From an uncultured Mycoplasmatota bacterium (GTDB lineage: Bacteria > Bacillota_I > Bacilli_A > RF39 > UBA660), in NCBI GenBank assembly GCA_946639185.1, contig CAMPBR010000002.1:1097-65096 (forward strand): a stretch of DNA of 64,000 bases. Reading direction: 5' to 3'. Under the pieces are notes generated by a model. That model saw only the letters and a list, made by a program, of their open reading frames with translations, did no database searches and was not told the origin of the DNA. Below, piece after piece: positions 39,201 to 48,497 of this stretch. How positions within the stretch are numbered: the first letter of the stretch is position 1; each line of letters opens with the position of its first letter. Both the position numbers and the translations under genes were made by a program.

Positions 39201-39545
39201 ATGTTTAGTAGATGTTATGAAAGAGATAACGATATAAACAATACATTTATAGCTGATAATATGGATGTTGATATGAATGCAAATTATATGAATAATATGT
39301 CTATGCCTATGAATATGGATCCAGGTATGCAAATAAATGGAGGCATTCAACCACCAATTATTGAGCCAATGCAAGAAAATATTGTTAATCGTACTATCAT
39401 TCATGAAGTTCCACATATATGTCCTAAACAAACTAGAATAATAAATCATCATGTATTTAAACACACTTATCAACCATCTTATTCTTGTTGTGAAGAAAAT
39501 GTATGTAGCGAGATTCAATGTGGTAGTTGTTGTAATTTTAGATAA
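39201..39545 (+). CDS. Possible CotD-family spore-coat protein, Met/Asn/His/Cys-rich
   Basis: Strong SD (ataggaggaaaaactATG). IIHEVPHICPKQTRIINHHVFKHTYQPSY fits the CotD-like H..P.I.P.QT..IN.H.F.H.Y.P pattern. Cys-rich C-terminus (CCEENVCSEIQCGSCCNF). A terminator follows. Confidence 0.45.
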   Translation: MFSRCYERDNDINNTFIADNMDVDMNANYMNNMSMPMNMDPGMQINGGIQPPIIEPMQENIVNRTIIHEVPHICPKQTRIINHHVFKHTYQPSYSCCEENVCSEIQCGSCCNFR

Positions 39546-39568
39546 AAGCCTGTTTAGGCTTTTTTCTT
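39544..39568 (+). terminator. Rho-independent terminator
   Basis: Stem aaagcct/aggcttt around loop gttt, then a T6 run. Confidence 0.65.
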
Positions 39569-39611
39569 TTATTATAATAATGGTATAATATATGTAGAAA
39601 GGAATGATTAT

Positions 39612-41780
39612 ATGGTAGTTAAAGTACTTGTTGAATTATCTAATAAAAATATTGATAGAACTTTTGATTATATCGTTCCTAAAACTTTAGAAAATGATAT
39701 TAAAATTGGAATTAGAGTTAAAGTACCATTTGCGCATCAAGAACTTGAAGGTTTTGTTTTAGAAATAAGTAATTGCAGTGAATATAATGATTTAAAAGAG
39801 ATTATTGATGTTGTTGATAATGATATTATTCTAAATAAAGAATTATTAGAACTTGGTAAATATATGCAATCTACTTTATTATGTACATTAATATCTTGTT
39901 ATCAAGCAATGTTACCAAAAGCTTTAAAAGCTAAGAATGGAGTTAATATTGGAAAGAAAATAGACACTTATTTAACACTTTCTAATATTCCTTTTACAAA
40001 AATTACGACTAAGCAGGCTGAAGTTATTAATTTTGTAAAAACTAATGGTAGAGTTTTAAAGAAAGAGGCTAATTTAATATCTACTTCAAGTGTTAAAACG
40101 TTATTAAAAAATGGTGTTTTAATAGAAGAATGCGAAGAAGTTTATAGACTTAAACATGATAGTGATAAGTGTCAAAAGCATGAACTAACTTGTTGTCAAC
40201 AAGATGCTGTGGATAAAGTTATGTCAAGTGAAAATAAAAGCGATGTTTTCTTAATTCATGGAGTTACTGGTAGTGGAAAAACCGAAATATATATGGAAAT
40301 TATTGAAAATATGTTAAAAAAAGGTAAATCTAGTATTATGTTAGTACCTGAAATATCTTTGACAGAACAAATTGTGTCAAGATTTAAGAAAAGATTTACG
40401 TCTGATATAGCTATTTTACATAGTAGACTTAGTGAAGGTGAAAAGTATGATGAATGGCGTAGAATTGCTAAAGGAGAAGTTAAAATAGTAATTGGGGCAA
40501 GAAGTGCTGTTTTTGCTCCGTTATCAAATATTGGAGTTATCATAATTGATGAAGAGCATACTGATAGTTATAAACAAGATAGTGCTAATCCTAAATATCA
40601 TGCTTTAGATATTGCTAAATGGAGAAGTAGCTATGGATCATTTCCAGTAGTTTTAGGAAGTGCTACTCCAACACTAGAAAGTTATGCTAGAAGTGAAAAA
40701 GGACTTTACACTTTGATTACACTTGATAAACGTGTTAATGGACAAAATCTTCCAGAAACAATTATTGTTGATATGAATAAAGAAATGAAACGAAAAAGTG
40801 GAAGTTTTTCTAAAAAATTGGTCGAATCCATGGAAGATACTTTTTCTAGAGGTGAACAAGTAATACTGTTACTTAATAGACGTGGTTATTCATCTTTTAT
40901 AACATGTAAAAATTGTGGATATGTTTCTAAATGTCCTAATTGTGATATTACTTTAACTTATCATAAAAGTAGTAACACTTTACGCTGCCATTATTGTGGA
41001 TATGGAACTAAACTTGACGTAAAGTGTCCTAATTGCCATGAGGAAGCTATTTCTACTTTAGGTCTTGGTACAGAAAAAGTGGAAGAGGAATTGAATAAAA
41101 TGTTTCCAGATAAAAAAGTTATTAGAATGGATTATGATACTACTAGTAAGAAAGGTAGCCATGAAAAAATAATTAATGCTTTTCAAAATCATGAATATGA
41201 TATTTTACTTGGTACGCAAATGATAGCTAAGGGACTTGATTTTCCTAATGTAACATTAGTTGGTGTTATTAATGCTGATACTAGTTTAAATATTCCTGAT
41301 TTTAGAAGTAGTGAAACTACCTTTGATCTTTTATGTCAAGTAGCAGGTAGAAGTGGTAGAGGAGATAAAAAAGGAAAAGTTTTAATTCAAACTTTTAATC
41401 CAGAACATTATGCAATTACTTATGCTAAGAATCATGACTATTTAGGATTTTATAAACAAGAGATGTCTATTAGAAGAACTCTTGGTTATTCTCCATATTA
41501 TTTTTTAACGTCAATTAAAATATCTAGTAAAGATTATGAAGAAGCTCGTGATATTAGTAATAAAATTGGTGTTTATTTAAAGAAAAATCTTTTAAAAACA
41601 GTTGTGCTTGGACCAAGTGTTGCAGCAGTTTTTAGAATAAATAATGTATATCGTTTTCAAATAGTATTAAAATATAAAAAAGAAGATAATTTGTATAAAA
41701 CTTTAAATGATTTAATAGAACATTATAAAACTAATAATAATATTAAAATTGATATAGATTTTAATCCAATACATATATAG
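39612..41780 (+). CDS. priA: Primosomal protein N' (replication restart helicase PriA)
   Basis: Walker A GVTGSGKTE, DEEH, and the Cys4 zinc ribbons CKNCGYVSKCPNCD...CHYCGY...CPNC. Confidence 0.88.
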   Translation: MVVKVLVELSNKNIDRTFDYIVPKTLENDIKIGIRVKVPFAHQELEGFVLEISNCSEYNDLKEIIDVVDNDIILNKELLELGKYMQSTLLCTLISCYQAMLPKALKAKNGVNIGKKIDTYLTLSNIPFTKITTKQAEVINFVKTNGRVLKKEANLISTSSVKTLLKNGVLIEECEEVYRLKHDSDKCQKHELTCCQQDAVDKVMSSENKSDVFLIHGVTGSGKTEIYMEIIENMLKKGKSSIMLVPEISLTEQIVSRFKKRFTSDIAILHSRLSEGEKYDEWRRIAKGEVKIVIGARSAVFAPLSNIGVIIIDEEHTDSYKQDSANPKYHALDIAKWRSSYGSFPVVLGSATPTLESYARSEKGLYTLITLDKRVNGQNLPETIIVDMNKEMKRKSGSFSKKLVESMEDTFSRGEQVILLLNRRGYSSFITCKNCGYVSKCPNCDITLTYHKSSNTLRCHYCGYGTKLDVKCPNCHEEAISTLGLGTEKVEEELNKMFPDKKVIRMDYDTTSKKGSHEKIINAFQNHEYDILLGTQMIAKGLDFPNVTLVGVINADTSLNIPDFRSSETTFDLLCQVAGRSGRGDKKGKVLIQTFNPEHYAITYAKNHDYLGFYKQEMSIRRTLGYSPYYFLTSIKISSKDYEEARDISNKIGVYLKKNLLKTVVLGPSVAAVFRINNVYRFQIVLKYKKEDNLYKTLNDLIEHYKTNNNIKIDIDFNPIHI

Positions 41781-41785
41781 TAATT

Positions 41786-41817
41786 AAATCACCATAATAA
41801 AAATGGTGATTTTTTTT
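41786..41817 (+). terminator. Rho-independent terminator after priA
   Basis: Stem aaatcaccat/atggtgattt followed by a T8 run. Confidence 0.65.
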
Positions 41818-43083
41818 ATGTTTAATAATTATAAGATTGTAGAAAAAAATGGCGAAAAAATACTTATTTTGTATATCGATTCTTTCTATGAATTTGGAAT
41901 AGATTTTAGAAAAAATAATAATAATAGTAATATGAAGAATGAAATAAAAAAAATAATTAGAAAAATTAATTTTACTGGTGAAAAAATCGCATTAATGTTA
42001 GGTGGAATTATGCTTGCTACTATATTAGTATTTGAGAATCCTAAGATTAGTAATAATTTGGACTTAGTATATGTTACAGATAATATTTTATCTATTAATC
42101 AAGTTCAAGATAATAAAAAGGAAAGTAAAACAATTGAAAATAATAAAATAGAAGATACAATTGTTTTAGAAAATGTTACCAAAGATAAAAAGGTAGAAGA
42201 AAAAAATGAAAAAACAATTGAAAAAAATGTAGAAAATATGAATGTTATAGAAAAAGAAGAAATTAAAGAAAAAGAAAAGGTAGAAGAAAATGTTACGCCT
42301 TTTAAACAGCTTATAACTGTATATCGTAAAAATGGATCTGTTTTAGAACTAGATTTAGAAGATTATTTAATAGGTGTTGTTGCGAGTGAAATGCCTGCTA
42401 GTTTTAATATGGAAGCATTAAAAGCCCAAGCTATTATTTCTAGAACTTATACTTTAAAAAGTATTGAGATTGGTAGAAGATTAACAGATGATGTTTCTAC
42501 TCAAACATATAAAGATAATAGTGAATTAAAAGAAATGTGGGGAAGTTCTTATGAAAAGTATTATTCTAAAGTAAGAGATGCTGTTCTTAGCACTGATGGT
42601 TTAGCTATATATTATAATAATAAATACATAGATGCGGTTTTTCATTCAACTAGTAATGGTAAAACAGAAGATGCTAGTTATGTATGGAAAAATAGTGTGC
42701 CATATTTAAAAAGTGTTGATAGCCATTGGGATATAGATAGTAGTTCTTATTTAAGAAGTGAGGAAAAAGATTTAGATAATGTTTTAAATATTTTAGGTGT
42801 TAATTCTAATTCATTTGATATTGTTTCTCGTGATGACAGTGGTAGAGTATTAGAAATAAAAGTTGGAGATAAGAGTTATAGTGGTGTTGAATTTAGAAAT
42901 TTATTAGGACTTAGAAGTGCAGATTTTGATATCGAAATTATGGAAAATAAGTTAAAAATTACAACACGTGGATATGGGCATGGTGTTGGACTTAGTCAGT
43001 ATGGAGCTAATGGTATGGCAAAAGCAGGCTATAATTTTACCGATATAATAAAGCACTATTATAGTGATGTTGAAATAAAATAA
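41818..43083 (+). CDS. SpoIID/LytB-domain protein (sporulation lytic transglycosylase-like)
   Basis: The C-terminal motif TRGYGHGVGLSQYGANGMAKAGYNFTDIIKHYY is the SpoIID/LytB signature. There is an N-terminal TM helix. I moved the start to the ATG at 41818 because the ORF-track start at 41803 lies inside the priA terminator. Confidence 0.72.
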   Translation: MFNNYKIVEKNGEKILILYIDSFYEFGIDFRKNNNNSNMKNEIKKIIRKINFTGEKIALMLGGIMLATILVFENPKISNNLDLVYVTDNILSINQVQDNKKESKTIENNKIEDTIVLENVTKDKKVEEKNEKTIEKNVENMNVIEKEEIKEKEKVEENVTPFKQLITVYRKNGSVLELDLEDYLIGVVASEMPASFNMEALKAQAIISRTYTLKSIEIGRRLTDDVSTQTYKDNSELKEMWGSSYEKYYSKVRDAVLSTDGLAIYYNNKYIDAVFHSTSNGKTEDASYVWKNSVPYLKSVDSHWDIDSSSYLRSEEKDLDNVLNILGVNSNSFDIVSRDDSGRVLEIKVGDKSYSGVEFRNLLGLRSADFDIEIMENKLKITTRGYGHGVGLSQYGANGMAKAGYNFTDIIKHYYSDVEIK

Positions 43084-43151
43084 TAAAATTAGTATTTTAA
43101 ATTTTTACTTTATGTGTTATTATTAACTTAGAGTAAGAAAGTAGGTAAATT

Positions 43152-44303
43152 ATGGATCGTGGTTATGTAAAAAATAACTTCATTGACGACGACATAAATA
43201 ATTCAAAAGAAAAAAATCAAGCTCTAGATAATTTAAACAGATTAAAAATTGAAATTGGTGATACTACAGCTGTTGCAGAACTCATGGTTTTAGTATCATC
43301 TTTTTTATCAGAAAATGAAATACCTGAAGAAATAAGAAAAGAAATTGTTGATACTTGTAATCAATTTGATGAAATGATTGATGTCAAAATAGCTAAAAGT
43401 AAACTTGAAGAATGCCTAAAAAAATTTGAAATAGAAACAGAAGAAAATGATAAAAGTATCGATAATTATCAATCTTTATCAGATGATGATGTAGTGGTTG
43501 AAGGACCAAAAGATGATATATTTATTGATGATTTAAATGATTCTAAAATAGATAATTCTAAATTATTTGAAGTTAATAATGATGGCACTGTTCAAGTTAA
43601 TGGTAATTTTAATGATAAAAATTCTATGAATTTTGCTATTATGATGACTATGTCATTGTTAGTTGCTAATGATAGTAAAATAAAACCTAATTTAGATATG
43701 AAATTTATTAAGAATGATGATAAAGATAAATTTAAAATTATTTATGGAAATTTTCCAATTATTAATCATCCAGATAATAGACTTAATTCTGAATTAGTTT
43801 CTAATATTACTAAATTATCAAATACATATAAATCTCAAGTTAATTATATGAATCTTTTAGAAAAAACTTCTCCTGAAATAAAAGAAGCTATGGTAATTAT
43901 TTATAATTATGTATTAAATAGAGAAGGCTCTTTTCAAATGGCTATTAGAGATAATGGAAAGAAACATGATATGGCATTTGGTATGGATGATAATTATAGC
44001 GATATTATAGATGCATTTAATATCAATGGAGCTTATGTTTCATATGATAGTAATGAACGTGCTATTATTACAGTAAATGAAACTCTTCCAGGAAATCAAT
44101 TGTTGATACTTAATACTACGCATGAAACTTTAGGGTTTAATTTAGAAGAAGAATTTAATACTTCATTAGTAAGTGATAATCAATATGTTAAAAAGATGGA
44201 TAAAAAAGAGGCAGCTAATGTAAATTTTGTGGTATTAATCATTCTAGCTATTGTTGAAACTTTAATAATTGCTGGATATTTTATATTCGTGGGTAATAAA
44301 TAA
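43152..44303 (+). CDS. Hypothetical protein (383 aa) with a C-terminal TM anchor
   Basis: Acidic and Asn-rich, with a C-terminal hydrophobic helix. No motif. Confidence 0.42.
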   Translation: MDRGYVKNNFIDDDINNSKEKNQALDNLNRLKIEIGDTTAVAELMVLVSSFLSENEIPEEIRKEIVDTCNQFDEMIDVKIAKSKLEECLKKFEIETEENDKSIDNYQSLSDDDVVVEGPKDDIFIDDLNDSKIDNSKLFEVNNDGTVQVNGNFNDKNSMNFAIMMTMSLLVANDSKIKPNLDMKFIKNDDKDKFKIIYGNFPIINHPDNRLNSELVSNITKLSNTYKSQVNYMNLLEKTSPEIKEAMVIIYNYVLNREGSFQMAIRDNGKKHDMAFGMDDNYSDIIDAFNINGAYVSYDSNERAIITVNETLPGNQLLILNTTHETLGFNLEEEFNTSLVSDNQYVKKMDKKEAANVNFVVLIILAIVETLIIAGYFIFVGNK

Positions 44304-44328
44304 AATAGGTATTATTACCTATTTTTTT
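44302..44328 (+). terminator. Rho-independent terminator
   Basis: Stem aaataggta/tacctattt followed by a T6 run. Confidence 0.6.
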
Positions 44329-44356
44329 ATGATATAATAATTTCATTGGTGATAAC

Positions 44357-44938
44357 ATGAAAAGAAGATTTATAATATTAGGAACAATTATTTTAATCAT
44401 AGTTTTACTTGGGATATTTTGCTATTCTAAGGATAATATTAGATTAAAACTTGATTATGAATTAATAAATAAAGTAGAACTTGCTAAAAATAAAAAAATA
44501 AAAGTTAATATACCTATTGATAATAGAGTTAAATATGTAAAAAGCGGTAAAGAATTAATTAAATTATTAAAGACTGGTACAGGTATTATTTATATGGGAT
44601 ATGAGACTTGTCCTTGGTGTAGAAATGCTTTACCTGTTTTAATTGATAGTGTTACTTCTAATAATTTAAATGAATTTTATTATGTAGATATTCATGATGT
44701 ATCTTTTAGTGATGTTAAAGATGAATTATATGAAGTATTAGATAGTTATTTAAAAGTTAAGGATGATGGTGAAAAAGTATTAGCTGTTCCTGATGTATAT
44801 GCAATTAAGAATGGTAAAATATTTTCTCATCATAGAGGATGCGTAGAAAGTTATAATAATCCTTTTAAAAAAATGAATGATGAACAAATAAATGAATTAA
44901 GAAGCATTTATAATGAAATGATAAAGGAGATAAAATAA
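44357..44938 (+). CDS. Membrane-anchored thioredoxin-fold protein with a CPWC motif (putative thiol-disulfide oxidoreductase)
   Basis: N-terminal TM helix, then YMGYETCPWCRNALPVL, which is a CxxC in a thioredoxin-like context. Confidence 0.45.
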   Translation: MKRRFIILGTIILIIVLLGIFCYSKDNIRLKLDYELINKVELAKNKKIKVNIPIDNRVKYVKSGKELIKLLKTGTGIIYMGYETCPWCRNALPVLIDSVTSNNLNEFYYVDIHDVSFSDVKDELYEVLDSYLKVKDDGEKVLAVPDVYAIKNGKIFSHHRGCVESYNNPFKKMNDEQINELRSIYNEMIKEIK

Positions 44939-45876
44939 TGGATAAATTAAAAATATTATTTATGGGTACACCTGATTTTAGTGTTAATGTACTTGAAGGA
45001 TTAATAAAAAATTATGATGTTGTTGGTGTTGTTACACAACCAGATAAAGAAGTTGGAAGACATAAAGAATTAAAAGCTCCTCCTGTAAAAGTAGTTGCTA
45101 ATAAATATAACATTCCTGTTTTTCAACCTAATAGAATTAAACAAGAATATGAGTGCTTATTGAATTTAGATGTTGATATGATAGTTACATGTGCTTATGG
45201 ACAAATTATTCCTAAGGTACTTTTAGATTTTCCTAAATATGGATGTATTAATGTACATGCATCTTTACTTCCAAAGCTTAGAGGTGGTGCTCCAATTCAT
45301 AAGGCTATTATTAATAATTATGCTAGAACTGGCGTTACTATTATGTATATGGTTGAAAAGATGGATGCTGGTGATATTATTAGTCAAGTTGAAACAGAGA
45401 TTTTACCTAGTGATAATTTAGAAAGTTTACATGATAGATTAAGCATTTTAGGAACTAAATTATTACTTGAAACTATACCTAATATTGTTAGTGGAAATAT
45501 TAATCCAATTAAACAAGATGAAAGTGAAGTTACATATGCTTGGAATATAACTAGAGAAGAAGAACATATTGATTTTAATAAGAGCAAGATTGATGTATTT
45601 AATCAAATTAGAGGTTTATCTCCACATCCAGGAGCTTATGCCATGTTAGATGGAAATATAGTTAAAATATATGCTTCACGTATAAGTGATAGTTTCTTTA
45701 CTACGTTAAAGAATGGTGAAATAGGCAAGATTTATAAAGATGGTATAGGTGTTTCATGTAAAGATGGAGAAGTAATTATAACTGAAATCCAATTTGCTGG
45801 TAAAAAACGTATGAAAGTAGTAGATTATTTAAATGGTAGTGATGGTACTAAGTTAATTGGTAAAGTTTTTGAATAG
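44938..45876 (+). CDS. fmt: Methionyl-tRNA formyltransferase
   Basis: KILFMGTPDFSV, HASLLPKLRGGAPI and the SLHD motif are present. 312 aa. Confidence 0.88.
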   Translation: MDKLKILFMGTPDFSVNVLEGLIKNYDVVGVVTQPDKEVGRHKELKAPPVKVVANKYNIPVFQPNRIKQEYECLLNLDVDMIVTCAYGQIIPKVLLDFPKYGCINVHASLLPKLRGGAPIHKAIINNYARTGVTIMYMVEKMDAGDIISQVETEILPSDNLESLHDRLSILGTKLLLETIPNIVSGNINPIKQDESEVTYAWNITREEEHIDFNKSKIDVFNQIRGLSPHPGAYAMLDGNIVKIYASRISDSFFTTLKNGEIGKIYKDGIGVSCKDGEVIITEIQFAGKKRMKVVDYLNGSDGTKLIGKVFE

Positions 45877-45883
45877 GTGAATT

Positions 45884-46651
45884 ATGGATGAATTAAAAAG
45901 AATTATAGATTATTTTAAAAATAAAAATAATAATAATGATGATGATAATGAAAAAAGAAAACATTCACTTACTATGTTAGCTATTTATGGGATATTTTTA
46001 ATAGTAGTTATTATATTTGTAAGAGTAGGATCTGATTCTACTAATGAAGTAGAAAAAGAAAATATAACTAATGAAAAACAAGAAGTTAAAGAAGAGGTAA
46101 AAAAAGAATCTGAAATAGAAAAGAAAGGTAGTATGTCTACTTTAAATGATGTTAATTATGGATATATGTATACAGTAACTATAGATGGTGTGGTTGAGAC
46201 GTATATTGGTAAAAGAATTGATGATAAAGAAAAGTTTTCTTATAGTAAAAATGATGAAGTAAAAGAATATGCTATTAAGGATGATAATTATTTTATTTTG
46301 GATGGTGATACTTATCATATTATTGATAAACTCAATAATAGCTTTAAGTATTGTGATGTTGATAAAGTATTATTACTTATTGAAAATATTGAGCCAACTG
46401 TTTCTGATAATATGCTGATTTTTAATGTAGAAAATAAGCAAATTTCTCGTATTTTTAATGAAACTATGAGTACTGATAATAGTGGTTTAAATACTATTAT
46501 TATTAGTACGAATGGTAGTGATATTAGTGAAATTAATTTAGACTTTTCTAACTATATTTCATCTTTAGAAAATAGTGGCCATACTATGAGTATTAAAATG
46601 GAATTTGTTAATGTTGGTACGGTTGAAGATTTTACTATAAAATTAAAGTAA
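45884..46651 (+). CDS. Hypothetical membrane-anchored protein (255 aa)
   Basis: N-terminal TM helix. No motif. Confidence 0.42.
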   Translation: MDELKRIIDYFKNKNNNNDDDNEKRKHSLTMLAIYGIFLIVVIIFVRVGSDSTNEVEKENITNEKQEVKEEVKKESEIEKKGSMSTLNDVNYGYMYTVTIDGVVETYIGKRIDDKEKFSYSKNDEVKEYAIKDDNYFILDGDTYHIIDKLNNSFKYCDVDKVLLLIENIEPTVSDNMLIFNVENKQISRIFNETMSTDNSGLNTIIISTNGSDISEINLDFSNYISSLENSGHTMSIKMEFVNVGTVEDFTIKLK

Positions 46652-46705
46652 AAAACTAGAGATTATCGTTTAAGATAATCTCTTTTTATGTTATAATTAT
46701 GTAGA

Positions 46706-47737
46706 GTGGTGATTTGGGTGAATAATATATATAATTTAACTTTAATAGATTTAGAAGAATACTTTTTAAGTATTGGAGAAAAGAAATTTAAAGGACAACA
46801 AGTATTTGATTGGTTATATCGTAAAAAGGTTAAATCTTTTGATGAAATGACTAATCTAAAAAAAGAAATTATTGAGGTACTTAAAAATAATTTTACTATG
46901 AATACTGTTTCTATTACTAAAGTAGAAAGAGATGTCGATGTTAACAAATATTTATTTAAGCTTAATGATAATGAGAAAGTAGAAGCTGTACTTATGAATC
47001 ATTTGTATGGAAATAGTTTATGTATTTCTACACAAGTTGGATGTAATATGGGATGCAAGTTCTGTGAAAGTGGAAGACTTAAAAAGGTAAGAAACTTAGA
47101 AACTCATGAAATGATTGAACAAATTCTACTGGTAGAAGAAGAATGTGGTAAAAGAATTAGTCATATTGTTATTATGGGAATTGGTGAACCATTTGATAAT
47201 TATGATAATTTAATTAAGTTTATTGAAATAGTTAATAATCCTAAAGGATTAGAACTTGGTAGTAGACATATTACAGTTTCTACTTGTGGTTTAGTGCCTA
47301 AGATTAAAGAATTTACTAAACTTCCTTATCAAGTTAATTTAGCTATAAGTTTACATGCTCCAAATAATGAGATTAGGGGAAGTATAATGCCTATTAATAA
47401 AGCATATCCTTTAGATGTATTAATTCCAACTTTAAAAGATTATATTAAAGAAACTAATAGACGTGTTACTTTTGAATATATTTTATTAGATGAAATTAAT
47501 GATACTAAAGAGTGTGCACAAGAATTATGTGATTTAGTTAGAGGTATGAATTGTTATATTAATCTTATTCCTTATAATGAAACTAATAATATTTCATATA
47601 AACGTTCAAAAAAAGAGAAAATTTCTGCATTTTATGATATACTAAAGAAGAATAGAATTAATGTTACTGTAAGGAGAGAATATGGAAGTAATATTAGTGC
47701 AGCATGTGGGCAATTAAGAAGCAAGAAGGAGGATTAA
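46706..47737 (+). CDS. rlmN: 23S rRNA (A2503-C2)/tRNA methyltransferase RlmN (radical SAM). GTG start; an alternative GTG lies at 46718.
   Basis: The radical-SAM CNMGCKFC motif is present, with a conserved C-terminal Cys (ACGQL). Confidence 0.85.
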   Translation: MVIWVNNIYNLTLIDLEEYFLSIGEKKFKGQQVFDWLYRKKVKSFDEMTNLKKEIIEVLKNNFTMNTVSITKVERDVDVNKYLFKLNDNEKVEAVLMNHLYGNSLCISTQVGCNMGCKFCESGRLKKVRNLETHEMIEQILLVEEECGKRISHIVIMGIGEPFDNYDNLIKFIEIVNNPKGLELGSRHITVSTCGLVPKIKEFTKLPYQVNLAISLHAPNNEIRGSIMPINKAYPLDVLIPTLKDYIKETNRRVTFEYILLDEINDTKECAQELCDLVRGMNCYINLIPYNETNNISYKRSKKEKISAFYDILKKNRINVTVRREYGSNISAACGQLRSKKED

Positions 47738-47738
47738 T

Positions 47739-48497
47739 ATGAAATCGTTTTTTCTAACAGATAGTGGTAAGGTACGTAGTCATAATGAAGATAGTGTGAT
47801 TATTGTACGTAATATAGATGATGATTATTTATTAGCTGTTGCTGATGGAATGGGAGGACATAGTTGTGGAGAAGTTGCTTCATCCATAGCTATTAGCTAT
47901 TTAGGAAAACACTTCCAAGATACATTTAAAAATATGAGTAAAGAGAAAGCTATTGCTTGGATGAGAGCAGCTGTTCAAGAAATAAATAAACAAATATTTG
48001 AACATGAAAAAAATCATACAGAAACTACTGGAATGGGTACTACATTAGTAATGGCTATTAGTACTAAGGATTACGTATTATTTGGTAATATTGGTGATTC
48101 AAGTGGTTTTGCTATGAAAAATAATAAACTTCATAAAATAACTTATGATCATACTTTAGTTAATTTGCTTGTAACAGCTGGTGAACTTACAGAAGAAGAA
48201 GCTAAAGATCATCCTAAGAAAAATGTACTTATGAAAGCATTAGGAGCTAATAATCCAATTGAAGTAGATATTTTTGATTGTGATAATGATATAAGTGATA
48301 TATTACTTTGTAGTGATGGGCTTACTAATATGTTAGAAATGGATAATATTGAAAGAGTATTACTTTCTGATTATACAACTGAAGATAAAGTACTTAGATT
48401 AATGAAAAAAGCTATTAATCGCGGTGGTACTGATAATATTAGTATTGCTTATTTAGATAGAAGTGATAAAAAAGAGGAAGAAGGTCGTAGTGAATGA
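47739..48497 (+). CDS. prpC: PP2C-family Ser/Thr phosphatase
   Basis: LAVADGMGGH and LLCSDGL are present. It is adjacent to, and overlaps, the kinase gene. Confidence 0.82.
   Translation: MKSFFLTDSGKVRSHNEDSVIIVRNIDDDYLLAVADGMGGHSCGEVASSIAISYLGKHFQDTFKNMSKEKAIAWMRAAVQEINKQIFEHEKNHTETTGMGTTLVMAISTKDYVLFGNIGDSSGFAMKNNKLHKITYDHTLVNLLVTAGELTEEEAKDHPKKNVLMKALGANNPIEVDIFDCDNDISDILLCSDGLTNMLEMDNIERVLLSDYTTEDKVLRLMKKAINRGGTDNISIAYLDRSDKKEEEGRSE

Noticed and set aside
39156-39518. 120-aa minus-strand ORF antisense to the CotD-like gene
   Set aside because: The plus-strand ORF has a strong SD and a terminator. The minus-strand product is a low-complexity W/H/I-rich sequence with no SD, so it is an antisense shadow of biased codons.
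40256-40859. Minus-strand ORFs inside priA
   Set aside because: Antisense shadows.
41803-41817. The ORF-track start of the SpoIID-like gene at 41803
   Set aside because: It lies inside the priA terminator hairpin. The ATG at 41818, just after the T-run, is the more plausible start.
45239-45587. ORFs 45239..45421 (+) and 45384..45587 (-) inside fmt
   Set aside because: An out-of-frame ORF and an antisense ORF within a confidently identified gene.
46663-46947. 94-aa minus-strand ORF overlapping the rlmN start
   Set aside because: Antisense to rlmN. No SD.
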